A stretch of 32,000 bases of DNA from Mycobacterium leprae TN (GCF_000195855.1 NC_002677.1:2970001-3002000); one strand, 5' to 3'; shown: positions 1 through 9,330, counted from the first letter of the stretch. Numbers and translations are program-made. Notes: generated by a model not told the origin, from the letters alone.

Positions 1-866
1 TCGCCATTTCGACCAAAGATCTTGTCAGGCCGCACATGGACCGTCACATACAGATCACCCGACGGAGCGCCACGCAACCCCGCCTCGCCCTGCCCTGCCA
101 GCCGAATCCGTTGTCCATCTTCGACACCGGACGGGATCCGCACATTGATGGTTCGGGTCCGGGTGGTAACCCCGGTGCCTTTGCACTCTTCGCAAGGGTG
201 CTCGATGATCGACCCGCTACCCCGACATTCGGTACAAGGCTCAGAGAAACCAAAGGCACCCTGATTGCGGTTGATCACGCCGGAACCGTTGCAAGTGGAA
301 CACACTTTCGGACTGATTCCCGGACGTGCCCCGCTGCCATGGCAATTGGTGCACGGCGCTGGGCTGGTCAGCCGCAGCGGCATCGCTACACCTTTGGCCG
401 CTTCGACAAAATCCAAATCTGCCTCGGTCTCCAGGTCGTTGCCGCGTCGCGGCCTACTGGGGCGGACACTGGCGCCGCGTCCAAACAAGCCACCGAACAA
501 GTCACCGATGTTGGTGCCCCCGGTTCGACTGGCAGCATCGAACAAATCGTTGAGGTTGAACTCAGCACCGTCGCCGCCCATTCCAAAGTCACCAAAACTA
601 CTGTCGAACCGACGACCGCCTAACCAGCCGCCGGCAAACAGCCGGCGAGTTTCATCGTACTCTTTGCGCTTGACCGGATCCGACAACACATTGTGCGCCT
701 CAGACACCACCTTAAACCGTTCACCAGCGGAGTTGTCGGGATTCGCGTCAGGATGCAGGTAGCGTGCCAACTTCCGATAGGCACGCTTAATCTCTTCGGG
801 ACTGGCGTCAGAGGAAACGCCTAGCTCCTTGTAGAAGTCCTTTTCGACCCATTCACGCTGGGCCAT
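1..866 (-). CDS. dnaJ: DnaJ co-chaperone, N-terminal ~288 codons; the 3' end runs off the left edge of the window
   Basis: Minus-strand translation from ATG (complement of 864-866) gives MAQREWVEKDFYKELGVSSDASPEEIKRAYRKLARYLHPDANP (J domain with HPD). A Gly/Phe-rich linker follows. Then come four CxxCxGxG zinc-finger repeats (CTNCHGSG, CSTCNGSG, CTECRGSG, CEECKGTG). It lies 14 nt downstream of the grpE stop. The frame is absent from the ORF track because it has no stop inside the window. Confidence 0.9.
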   Translation of the reverse strand, partial: MAQREWVEKDFYKELGVSSDASPEEIKRAYRKLARYLHPDANPDNSAGERFKVVSEAHNVLSDPVKRKEYDETRRLFAGGWLGGRRFDSSFGDFGMGGDGAEFNLNDLFDAASRTGGTNIGDLFGGLFGRGASVRPSRPRRGNDLETEADLDFVEAAKGVAMPLRLTSPAPCTNCHGSGARPGISPKVCSTCNGSGVINRNQGAFGFSEPCTECRGSGSIIEHPCEECKGTGVTTRTRTINVRIPSGVEDGQRIRLAGQGEAGLRGAPSGDLYVTVHVRPDKIFGRNG

Positions 867-879
867 ATCGCGTCACCCC

Positions 880-1569
880 CTAATCACCGTCCTCCTTGTG
901 CGGTGTCACGTTATCGCCCAGTTCACCTTGCTCGGTTTTGGCTGTGCTGTCGACAGGTGCGACTATGGCAACCGTTTCGGCACCATCGCCTGCGATCGTG
1001 TCAACCACCCCGACCAAGGCGTGCCGCAGCACTTGATCGCCCAATTTGTAGCCGTGCCGGAGGACGTCACCGATCACCGGCTTGGAGCCTTCCCCACCAT
1101 CGCCCTCATGCTGCACGGCTTCGTGCAGCACCGGGTCGAAGTCTTCTCCCTCGACGCCAAACGCCACCAGCCCGAGCCCGGTCAATGCGCTCATTAGCTT
1201 GTCGGCGACCGACTTCAGCGGACCCGAGTCCAGATCGCCGTGCTCGCGGGCACGATCGAAATCGTCAAGCACACCCAACAATTGGCTGATGACAGTGGCC
1301 TTGGCTCGATCCGAAGCCGTCTGCTGGTCGCGCAACGCTCGCTTACGGTAGTTGGCAAAATCGGCCTGCACCCGCTGCAGATCGCTAGTCAGCTCAGCAA
1401 CTTTGTCGACCATTGTGTCGGTACTGTTGGCACTTCGGTCGGTCATACCAGCCGGCTCGCTACCTCCCGGCGTGTCGCCGAGAGGTATAGATCGTACTTC
1501 GCCAGTATCGGGATCGATCCGTCGTTTGTCGGTGACCGTCACCTGTTCGTGTGGATTGCCTTCGGTCAC
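880..1569 (-). CDS. grpE: GrpE nucleotide exchange factor (229 aa)
   Basis: ORF track 880..1569. It sits between dnaK and dnaJ. The sequence contains [14 protein letters not shown] and a C-terminal [16 protein letters not shown], both typical of GrpE. The GTG start (1569-1567) overlaps the dnaK TGA stop (1568-1566) as GTGA, which suggests translational coupling. Confidence 0.92.
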   Translation of the reverse strand: MTEGNPHEQVTVTDKRRIDPDTGEVRSIPLGDTPGGSEPAGMTDRSANSTDTMVDKVAELTSDLQRVQADFANYRKRALRDQQTASDRAKATVISQLLGVLDDFDRAREHGDLDSGPLKSVADKLMSALTGLGLVAFGVEGEDFDPVLHEAVQHEGDGGEGSKPVIGDVLRHGYKLGDQVLRHALVGVVDTIAGDGAETVAIVAPVDSTAKTEQGELGDNVTPHKEDGD

Positions 1570-3428
1570 TTGGACTCCCGTTCGTCGTCGACCACCTCCG
1601 CGTCAACCACATCGTCAGTAGAGTTCGAGCCACCAGGCGCGGAAGCCTCGCCGCCCACCTTCGACGCAGCCTGGGTGGCCTCATAGATCGCCTGCCCCAG
1701 TGCCTGGGAGTCCTGACCCAGCTTCTCCATTGCCGACTTTATCGCGGAAATGTCGGTACCGCCAAGCGCCGTCTTAGCTTCTGCCACAGCGGCTTCCACC
1801 TTGTTGAGGGTATCCTCAGGCACCCTCGAACCATTCTCGGTTTCCCGTTGTTCCTTGACGAATTTCTCCGTCTGGTACACGAGCGTCTCAGCCTGGTTGC
1901 GGACGTCGGCCTCCTCGCGACGCTTGCGGTCCTCCTCAGCGTGCGCCTCAGCATCCTTGACCATCCGATCGATCTCTTCCTTGGACAGCCCGGAGCCTTC
2001 CTGGATTTTGATCGTATTCTCCTTGCCAGTGCCCTTGTCCTTGGCAGTGACGTGAACTATGCCGTTGGCGTCGATGTCGAAAGTGACCTCGATCTGCGGG
2101 ACACCGCGCGGAGCCGGTGGAATACCGGTCAGCTCGAAAGAGCCGAGAAGCTTATTGTGCGAAGCTATCTCGCGCTCACCCTGGTAGACTTGGATCTGCA
2201 CCGACGGCTGATTGTCGTCGGCAGTAGTGAAGGTCTCTGAGCGCTTGGTGGGGATCGTGGTATTGCGCTCGATGAGCTTGGTCATCACGCCACCCTTGGT
2301 CTCGATACCCAAGCTCAGTGGTGTAACATCAAGCAAAAGAACGTCTTTCACCTCACCCTTGAGGACACCGGCCTGCAACGCAGCACCAACAGCAACGACC
2401 TCATCGGGGTTGACACCCTTATTGGGCTCCTTGCCACCAGTGAGTTCCTTGACAAGATCGGTCACCGCAGGCATCCGGGTCGAACCGCCCACCAGCACGA
2501 CGTGATCGATCTCAGAAACCGAAATACCGGCGTCCTTGACCACCGACTGGAACGGCTGACGGGTGCGGTCCAGCAAATCCTGGGTGATGCGTTGGAATTC
2601 GGCGCGAATAAGCTGCTCGTCAAGGAATAGCGGGTTCTTGTCTGAATCGACGGTAATGTAGGGCAAGTTAACCGAGGTGCTTTGGCTCGAGCTGAGCTCG
2701 ATCTTGGCCTTCTCGGCAGCCTCACGTAGCCGCTGCATAGCCATCTTGTCCTTGGTCAGATCGATACCGCTAGTGCCCTTGAACTTGTCGACGAGCCAGT
2801 TGACAATACGGTCGTCCCAATCGTCGCCACCGAGGTGATTGTCACCGCTGGTGGCACGCACTTCGACCACGCCCTCGCCGATTTCCAGCAACGAAACATC
2901 GAAGGTGCCGCCACCCAGATCGAACACCAGGATGGTTTGTTCTCTCTCACCCTTGTCTAGACCGTAGGCCAGAGCGGCGGCGGTCGGCTCGTTGACAATA
3001 CGCAGTACGTTTAAACCGGCGATCTGGCCGGCTTCCTTGGTAGCCTGACGCTGGGCGTCGTTAAAGTAGGCTGGTGTGGTGATGACTGCATCGGTGATGT
3101 CCTCACCGAGGTAAGCCTCAGCGTCCCTCTTCAGCTTCATCAGAACGCGGGCGCTGATCTCCTGCGCGGTGTATTTTTTGCCGTCGATTTCGATGGACCA
3201 GTCACTGCCCATGTGCCGTTTGACAGACCGGATGGTGCGGTCGACGTTAGTAACCGCCTGGTTTTTGGCGGGTTGGCCGACGAGAACCTCGCCGTTACGC
3301 GCGAACGCGACAGTTGACGGAGTGGTCCTCGACCCCTCGGAGTTGGCAACGACGACGGGGTCGCCACCCTCCAGAACGGAGACGACGGAGTTGGTGGTCC
3401 CGAGGTCGATGCCGACCGCACGAGCCAT
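1566..3428 (-). CDS. dnaK: DnaK / Hsp70 chaperone (620 aa from the [14 protein letters not shown] start)
   Basis: ORF 1566..3467 carries canonical Hsp70 motifs ([27 protein letters not shown]). I chose the internal ATG at 3428-3426 because it is preceded by AGGAGGA 6-7 nt upstream and gives the canonical [15 protein letters not shown]-terminus. The 13 extra codons of the long ORF are probably not translated. Confidence 0.97.
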   Translation of the reverse strand: MARAVGIDLGTTNSVVSVLEGGDPVVVANSEGSRTTPSTVAFARNGEVLVGQPAKNQAVTNVDRTIRSVKRHMGSDWSIEIDGKKYTAQEISARVLMKLKRDAEAYLGEDITDAVITTPAYFNDAQRQATKEAGQIAGLNVLRIVNEPTAAALAYGLDKGEREQTILVFDLGGGTFDVSLLEIGEGVVEVRATSGDNHLGGDDWDDRIVNWLVDKFKGTSGIDLTKDKMAMQRLREAAEKAKIELSSSQSTSVNLPYITVDSDKNPLFLDEQLIRAEFQRITQDLLDRTRQPFQSVVKDAGISVSEIDHVVLVGGSTRMPAVTDLVKELTGGKEPNKGVNPDEVVAVGAALQAGVLKGEVKDVLLLDVTPLSLGIETKGGVMTKLIERNTTIPTKRSETFTTADDNQPSVQIQVYQGEREIASHNKLLGSFELTGIPPAPRGVPQIEVTFDIDANGIVHVTAKDKGTGKENTIKIQEGSGLSKEEIDRMVKDAEAHAEEDRKRREEADVRNQAETLVYQTEKFVKEQRETENGSRVPEDTLNKVEAAVAEAKTALGGTDISAIKSAMEKLGQDSQALGQAIYEATQAASKVGGEASAPGGSNSTDDVVDAEVVDDERESK

Positions 3429-3478
3429 GGTGATTCCTCCTGATGTAGTAGAGCTTTTGTCGTGCACTAGGGCACTAG

Positions 3479-3499
3479 ACTGAGTGAACTTAACTCAAG
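3479..3499. promoter_or_regulatory. HspR-associated inverted repeat (HAIR)-like operator upstream of dnaK
   Basis: The sequence aCTGAGT-gaactta-ACTCAAG compares with the actinobacterial HAIR consensus CTTGAGT-N7-ACTCAAG. The right half is perfect and the left half matches 5/7. It lies 51-71 nt upstream of the dnaK ATG. Confidence 0.6.
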
Positions 3500-3977
3500 T
3501 CTGCTCCTACAGCCATGGCCCTGTCAACCCAGACTTTCAGCTTAGATCACTCAACTTGTCTTCATAGTCAACACCTCCGGTTCACGATTTTGTCCCCGAC
3601 GAGTTGAGGTTGTACAAATTCCGCCAGCGTGTCATTGGTGGCATGGGTACCCCAGGGATATAGGCGGTTTCGGTGGACAGATGGGACAGCAGCGCTCACC
3701 GACACAGACTACTGTTGTTATCGAAGGTTGAGCTGGCGACCGCACTTTTGGGCCAACTTACGAGGATTTCGTTGACGGCCGCTGTCAGTGGCCGGCACCA
3801 ACTTCGTGAAAGTGCTATCGCATACGCCATCATTTCCCAGAAGAGCACATCGGACCACTGCTCGACGGCTCAAAAAAGCCCAGAAACTATCCCTCGTCAC
3901 AGTAGGCATGTTGGTGGCACCAAAGAAATTAATTATGCACAGATCCTAGAACAGTTGCTCTGTTACCGTGAGGGGCT

Positions 3978-4590
3978 ATGCCCCGCCCTCGTGTTCATCA
4001 CCCAGATCGGGTCCTGGATACCGCCGAGTCGTTGGTTGTAGCGTCCGGGCCGGCCGCAGTGACCATACCGTGCGATCAGTTCAGCGATCGGCGTTTCCAA
4101 TGGCGCCGTCTATCACATGTTCGCGTCGCGGGCGGCGCTGCTGGGCCGAGTATGGCTACGGGCGGGATACCGATTCCTGAAGACGCAAACCGCACTAGTT
4201 GATCAGGCCCTGTCAGCGTCGGTACGGCGGGCTGGAGTCGAGGCTGTGGTGGCTGCCGCCGATGCACCGGTCGTCTTTGCCGAACAGTATCCAGACTCCT
4301 CCCGGCTGCTGCTGACGGTAAGGCGAGAAGAATTACTCAAATCGTTCCTGCCCAACGAGATCGAAATTGAACTCAGGGAGCTTGACGCATTGCTGATCAG
4401 TTTGCTGACGCGGCTCGCGGTGGTCATCTGGGACCGCAAAGACACCGGTGCCATCGACACGATCACGACATGCCTCATGGATCTGCCGACAGCAGTCCTG
4501 CTGCACCGTGACCGGCTGGGCAACAAGACGGCACGAAAGCATCTCCATGCAGCAGTGCGCGCGGTTCTGGAGGTCGGACCACCACCGTAA
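3978..4590 (+). pseudogene. TetR-family transcriptional regulator with one frameshift inside the HTH
   Basis: The frame of ORF 3978..4202 gives MPRPRVHHPDRVLDTAESLVVASGPAAVTI. The frame of ORF 4117..4590, open back to the TGA at 4060-4062, gives RAISSAIGVSNGAVYHMFASRAALLGRVWLRAG. Joined together they form a canonical TetR N-terminal HTH, so the frame switch must fall within 4063-4069. Confidence 0.6.
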
Positions 4591-4619
4591 AGTGACCTAC
4601 AACAGAAAGGAAGAACCGC

Positions 4620-5279
4620 ATGACCATCGCCGTGCATTATGACGAAAAAATCGCCATCCTCGAACTTGGTGATGACGAAAATCGTTTCACATCTGTCTTT
4701 CTTGAAGAAATCAACTCCCACCTCGACGAAATCATAGCCAGCGGTGCCAACGGCTTGGTGACGACGGCACTTGGCAAGTTCTATTCCAACGGGCTAGACC
4801 TGGACTGGCTGTCCGCACACCGTGACCAGACTCAGTGGTATGTCGGCAAGGTCCAGGGACTCCTGGCTCGCCTCCTCACGCTGCCCATCCCTACCGCAGC
4901 GGCCGTCGTTGGTCACGCGTTCGGCGCCGGAGCAATGTTGGCCATGGCGCACGATTTTCGTGTTATGCGTGCAGATCGCGGCTACTTCTGTTTTCCCGAA
5001 GTGGATATCCGCATCCCGTTCACGCCCGGCATGGCCGCACTGATACAAGCCAAACTTGCTCCCCAGGCAGCAACTGCGTCAATGACCACCGGGCGCCGGT
5101 TCGGCGGCGGCGAAGCCGCCCGCCTCGGAATTGTCGACAATACGGCAGCCGAGGATGCCGTTACCGCCGTGGCGGTCGACCTGCTTCATCCGCTCGGCGG
5201 CAAAGATCCAGGCACGCTGGGCGTCATCAAACAGACCATGTTCGGCCACGCCGCGGCTGCTCTTTCTGCCAATGCCTAA
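4620..5279 (+). CDS. Enoyl-CoA hydratase/isomerase (crotonase) family protein, 219 aa
   Basis: Intact ORF with a GAAAGGAAG ribosome-binding site about 10 nt upstream of the ATG. Crotonase-like core: FYSNGLDLDWL, AAVVGHAFGAGAMLAMAHDFRVMRADRGYFCFPEVDIRIPFTPG. Confidence 0.8.
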   Translation: MTIAVHYDEKIAILELGDDENRFTSVFLEEINSHLDEIIASGANGLVTTALGKFYSNGLDLDWLSAHRDQTQWYVGKVQGLLARLLTLPIPTAAAVVGHAFGAGAMLAMAHDFRVMRADRGYFCFPEVDIRIPFTPGMAALIQAKLAPQAATASMTTGRRFGGGEAARLGIVDNTAAEDAVTAVAVDLLHPLGGKDPGTLGVIKQTMFGHAAAALSANA

Positions 5280-5519
5280 GAGCTGAAAGAGGATTAACAT
5301 TACGCTGGTTCTTCCTGAGGCTGATCGATATTTCATCCGGTGGCGAGATCGCAACAGTCGACCATCTCGACTTCGAGCCGGCTGCTCAGATATGCCGTCG
5401 CACAATGACGAAGGATGTCCCAGATTGTCGCGAAAATAGCTGCAGAAGAACATGTTTCATGATTCCAGCACGAGCGTAACCACCGCGGGACCAACGTCGG
5501 GACGTATTGAACTACATGC

Positions 5520-6000
5520 AACACCACTATAATCAACCTGTACCCGATCAGCTTACTAAAAACCAATGCTCACCGAGACGTTAAGCCACTGCGGCAAGCC
5601 GTTGCGCTACATATTCAACAAAAACGTAGAGTTCATGATCAACAGGGCGATCGTGTATAGCTGGATAGCCTATGGGACACACGCAAAGCATGGGTGGCGC
5701 GTTACTGGAAAACCTCTCCTGCTATGACGATGGAACCCCACTGGCTACCACACTCGTCGGCTATGCGCTACTAACGGTAAACGAAGTCCCGGCTATCGCC
5801 TATCGACTTCGGCCACGCCGAGACATCCGGTCGCTAACCCGGCGAATACAAGAGCAGTGGGTAAGGATTGAGCCATCGGCTCAGTTCCGGAGGTGATCAA
5901 CGCGATGAACGAAGCGATGGCGGCGCTGGGTGTGACAATCACCCGGATTTCGGACGCCTTGGCTGTCATATACTCCATTGCTACGCAACCGCACCGATGA
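5520..6000 (+). pseudogene. C-terminal fragment of a molybdopterin hydroxylase large subunit (CoxL / xanthine dehydrogenase family)
   Basis: Pieces are spread across three frames:
- LRYIFNKNVEFMINRAIV
- GGALLENLSCYDDGTPLATTLVGYALLTVNEVPAI
- NPANTRAVGKD*AIGSVPEVINAMNEAMAALGV
These follow the conserved C-terminal pattern of this family (INP..V.GQ..GG..QG.G.AL.E, NP.G.KG.GE). Stops and frameshifts are present. The roughly 600 upstream codons are missing. Confidence 0.55.
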
Positions 6001-6886
6001 AAACCGCGTTACTCGCTTACTGTCGGACCGACACCATTGATCAGGCGGTTAAGTTAATCTGCCCGCTAAACTTGGCTAGGACGCCAAGATTTTGTCCAGC
6101 GGCCAAAACCTGGTGTCTATGCTGTTGATACGACTCGCGTATGTCGGCCATATCATCGATATTTCCTGGCTAAGTGAGTTACAAGACATTGAGATCCGTG
6201 GCAACGAGTTGGGATCCGCGACTGAACTACCAAGACCAAAGCGTATTCCGATACTCAATTCCGGCAACCTGTTTCGCTGATAACCCGAGAGAAACCATAC
6301 ATCAGTCATGTTCATATAAGCAAAAGAGAAACCTTGGGCGGTTTGGAGTCGATTAACACCGACATGTTCAGCGAATACTCTTCTTTCACAATTACATTGG
6401 AGTCTATGGTCTAGGTACTGTCGCAGCAGGAACGTCGTTGATACTTGCCGCGTTCTTCTTCACTGGATTGCGGGAAACCGTGTTCGCGTCAGAACAACAA
6501 TCACAACCGAAGTGTGATTTCCTTTATGGGGAAGAGTATCTTTATTTTCAATACATGGATTCTATTGCAGAAAAGTGTGTTTCGCTCTCGCCAGAGCGTT
6601 GTAATTCGCCGAGCTCGATAGCTACGATCGCGTATCGAGCTACGCGATAGGTTTGCCTCCAGACATCAGTGTACCGTTAGGACACGGAAGCGAAAATCGT
6701 CTAAAGATCGGTCGAAAAGCTAGGGCCCGAGGAGAACAGCCAAGCTACAGTGACGGAACTTTACGAGATTACGACCGACATGCACGAGTCATGTGTCATA
6801 CCCTACCCAGGTGGGAACCTCTATGACGGCCCGGACCTGGACCGACGCAGTTAAAGAAGCAATCGCGGGGGGCAACCAAATGCATG
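5997..6886 (+). pseudogene. FAD-binding medium subunit (CoxM-like) of the same hydroxylase, decayed
   Basis: The ATG at 5997 overlaps the large-subunit TGA as ATGA. MKTALLAYCRTDTIDQAVKLI is followed, in another frame, by SGQNLVSMLLIRLAYVGHIIDISWLSELQDIEIRGNELGSATEL. This fits the GGQSL....R...P..liDi pattern of the FAD-binding PCMH domain. The middle of the gene (about 6300-6650) has become AT-rich and is unreadable. Confidence 0.45.
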
Positions 6887-7359
6887 AACAACCAGCCCAA
6901 CGGAATCTCCGTTACGGCCATCATCGAACCACGCCTGACGCTGGCGGACTTGCTGCGGGAGCAGCAGTGCGGCCTCACCAACACCCGTCTAGGCTGCGAA
7001 CACGGCGCATGCACGGTACTGCTTGGACGATGATACCGTGCGGTCATTCCTGCTGTTCGCGCTGCAAGTTGACAATATGGAATTACCAATAATCGAGGGT
7101 GTCGCGGCGCACGACGGCACCTTGCCAGCGATGCAGTCAGCACTGCGGGAATGCCATGGGCTGCAATGCGGCTTCTGCACGCCGGGTTTTGTAATTTCAC
7201 TGACCGCATTGCTGCGTGACAGCTACGAACGCGACGACGACCTTCAGCAGCGCACCGGCCTATCTGGGAACTTCCGCCAGTGCACCGGTTAACAAGGGCA
7301 TCGTAGCCACGACTCATTGCGCCGCTAAGATGACGGCTGGGGCCGTGCAGCAGCTGTAA
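6884..7359 (+). pseudogene. [2Fe-2S] small subunit (CoxS-like) of the same hydroxylase, decayed
   Basis: MNNQPNGISVTAIIEPRLTLADLLREQQCGLTNTRLGCEHGACTVLLGR* is followed after a frameshift near 7020 by DDDTVRSFLLFALQVDNMELPIIEGV....HGLQCGFCTPGFVISLTALL....LSGNFRQCTG*. The first cluster motif reads CEHGACTV rather than the usual C-x4-C-x2-C, which looks like a 3-residue loss. There is an in-frame TAA where CTGY is expected. A further frameshift precedes the end at TAA 7357-7359. Confidence 0.65.
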
Positions 7360-7462
7360 CACTTTGTCATCGGCGCTATTCCAAAAAGAAGTCACTGCAG
7401 TAACTTGCGTTACCTTATGCGTAATCTGACTTGCGGTATCTCAAAATCTTGGGGAGTGGCGC

Positions 7463-8035
7463 GTGCGGTTTTCGCAAAAGACACGGCGAAGTCTGGCCGG
7501 TGGCTCCCTGTTGCTCACCCCCTTGCTGGCAAGTCCTATGCTGATCGACGGCTGCAGCTCCATCATCGAGGGCAAGCCGGTAAAGGTACCAACTGGACTG
7601 TCCTTCCCCACACCCAGGTTGACGCCACCGCCCACCAGAAGTCCTCACACAGCCCCATCCAGTGCACCGGTAAGTCCGACCCTGCCAGCTGGCGCGATCC
7701 CACTTCCGCCCGACCAGAACGGTTACGTCTTTATAGAAAACAAGTCCGGAGTGACACGTTGCCAGATAAGCACCACCAACGTCGGGTGCGAGGCACCTTT
7801 CACCCACTCCCCTATACAGAACGGCGAGCACGCCAACGGCGTCAACATCACCGCCAACGGATCCGTGCAGTGGGTGCTGGGCAACCTCGGGGCTATCCCA
7901 ACCGTCACCGTCGACTACAAGGTCTACGACGCGCAAGGGTGGACGATCGACTCGACCGCGGATGGCATCAGGTTCACGAACAATCACACCGGACATGGCA
8001 TGTTCGTCAGCATCGACAAGGTCGACACGTTCTAG
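7463..8035 (+). CDS. Putative secreted lipoprotein, 190 aa. Its position and strand match the LpqJ (Rv0344c) slot as I recall M. tuberculosis gene order
   Basis: GTG start preceded by GGGGAG. The signal peptide MRFSQKTRRSLAGGSLLLTPLLASPMLIDGC has a lipobox-like IDGC, with the Cys at residue 31. A Pro/Thr/Ser-rich linker follows, then a globular C-terminal domain. The frame is open and the composition is coding-like. Confidence 0.7.
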   Translation: MRFSQKTRRSLAGGSLLLTPLLASPMLIDGCSSIIEGKPVKVPTGLSFPTPRLTPPPTRSPHTAPSSAPVSPTLPAGAIPLPPDQNGYVFIENKSGVTRCQISTTNVGCEAPFTHSPIQNGEHANGVNITANGSVQWVLGNLGAIPTVTVDYKVYDAQGWTIDSTADGIRFTNNHTGHGMFVSIDKVDTF

Positions 8036-8076
8036 GCACAGGCCAGGATCGTATAGTACAGGCCGGGACTGCAACA

Positions 8077-8099
8077 GTATTGTTGTATTACAACAATAC
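8077..8099. repeat. Perfect AT-rich palindrome GTATTGTTGTA-T-TACAACAATAC
   Basis: Read directly from the sequence: 11-bp arms, 1-nt spacer, 42 nt after the lipoprotein stop. Confidence 0.9.
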
Positions 8100-8639
8100 A
8101 ACAAGGTATCACTGCATCGGCAGTTGACAGTTGGTGTCAGTGCCATCATGCCGTGGCACGCTACGGCCCACCGGAAGATTTCAATAGCCAGCCGATTCAG
8201 TACGCAAACAGTAGCCTATCCGTATAACCGCCATCCGGACCTCCGAAACCGCCCCAACACCGTCGCTAGCGGCGCTCAATTCCTCCTGGCTAATGCTAGT
8301 CGCCCGGAACTTTGGAACCAAAAAACCGAACCCACCCCGTGGTACCTCAAGCCGGCGGTACTCGTCGGCTGGGCCCTGCTGGTCCTAATCGCGCTGATCG
8401 TATACGACATCATCGAACTGGTAGTTGGAAGCCAAGGTACCAGCAGCACCCCGGCGACCACCAGCAAACAAAAACACCGAAGTACCGCATGTGAGCGAGT
8501 CGCTCGGATCGTCGATCGGGGAGCTAGCCTGGTCGGGTCCCGGGTGAACAACGCGCCCGGCGAATCGCAGATCCATTTTCACATTGTTAGATCACAGTAC
8601 TGCTAAAAGCATTCTGCTAAAGGAAAATTCGAATATGAC

Positions 8640-9325
8640 AGAACCCCTCCTGATGTTACCGGTTTGTCGAACGAGTAGGAGACCAGACTCCGTTGGTAGC
8701 TGCCAACGAGACGAAGTACCCCGCCAAAGCGGAGACGCTATTAGCGCCGGACGTGATGGCGCGCAAGGCTTGTGCGACGTTAGCATTAACGCCACTGTGG
8801 TGAACGTAAGGTCGAATGCCGGTTCCAACTAGCCGTAGATCGGCACACGGTCCACAACCCCGAGTTCTCCGGTGACGCGATCGATCAACTTATCTTGACT
8901 TAGCTTCGTGCGGACAGCATCAATGCCAACACCACTAAACTCGCCGGCACCACACGCATGAAGTCGCTGACCAGATCGCTTGTCTAATGTCGGCATGTCA
9001 AGGACGAGTTGTCTTAGGCCTCAGTAACCACAACCCGTTCCGATCATTGGTACACAGCACCGATATCCTGCTGTCCTGCAATAAATTTGAGAAACTTCTT
9101 GCTGGGACACCGGCCTTCTTCATCAGCACTGTCGAAAAGACGTTTCAAAGCAACAAAATTCCGTGATTGAACCTGGAATCAGCCATGGCAATCGGAGGCA
9201 GAAGCATCTCGCTGCTTACCGCACAATTGTAGAAGCGCCCACAGGTGGCCATCTTGACCACACCGCAACCCGCTCTTAGCGCTGCCATCGGTGCGGCGGT
9301 GCCCGGTCAGCAGCAATCGTTATTT
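8640..9325 (+). pseudogene. Decayed Hsp70/actin-fold ATPase-like gene (tentative)
   Basis: Scattered frame pieces:
- FQLAVDRHTVHNPEFSGDAIDQLILT*LRA (compare fevl...Gd..LGGdDfD)
- RMKSLTRSLV*CRHVKDELS (compare L...cE.AK..LS)
- AMAIGGRSISLLTAQL..RPQVAILTTPQPALSAAIGAAV (compare vlLvGGssriP.v...l........P..aVA.GAA)
There are many stops. This is pattern-level recognition only. Confidence 0.3.
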
Positions 9326-9330
9326 AGGGC

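Noticed and set aside
36-762. Plus-strand ORFs of 195 aa and 165 aa at the left edge
   Set aside because: They are antisense to the clearly readable dnaJ frame (J domain, HPD, four CxxCxGxG repeats) and have a Pro/Arg/Ala-rich shadow-frame composition.
1551-2240. 229-aa plus-strand ORF, plus other plus-strand ORFs at 1750..2055 and 2212..2505
   Set aside because: These are entirely antisense to dnaK, whose identity is unambiguous. Long antisense ORFs are expected in GC-rich coding DNA. The composition is Leu/Arg/Ser-rich and no family was recognised.
3535-3555. Second HAIR-like site TTTCAGC-N7-ACTCAAC
   Set aside because: Only 4/7 and 6/7 half-site matches. It is mentioned in a finding but is too weak to list as a feature.
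4203-4721. 172-aa minus-strand ORF
   Set aside because: It is antisense to the TetR ligand-binding region and to the start of the crotonase gene. It has no recognisable motifs or ribosome-binding site.
4835-5479. 214-aa plus-strand ORF, extremely Arg-rich
   Set aside because: It is an alternative frame of the crotonase gene, and its Arg/Pro/Ser composition is typical of an off-frame translation of GC-rich coding sequence.
6796-7395. 199-aa minus-strand ORF
   Set aside because: It is antisense to the CoxS-like relic, whose plus-strand reading (HGLQCGFCTPG and others) explains the sequence. Its composition is shadow-frame-like.
7415-8149. 244-aa minus-strand ORF, and the 240-aa plus-strand ORF 7405..8127
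   Set aside because: Both overlap the lipoprotein gene in other frames. Only the 7463..8035 frame has a signal peptide and lipobox, a ribosome-binding site, and a sensible domain composition.
7962-8606. 214-aa open frame (or 153 aa from ATG 8148) with one transmembrane-like helix
   Set aside because: The 5' part overlaps the lipoprotein gene out of frame. The remainder has atypical composition (Ser/Thr/Arg/His-rich) and no recognisable family. I treat it as part of the decayed stretch rather than an intact CDS, though an intact small membrane protein cannot be excluded.
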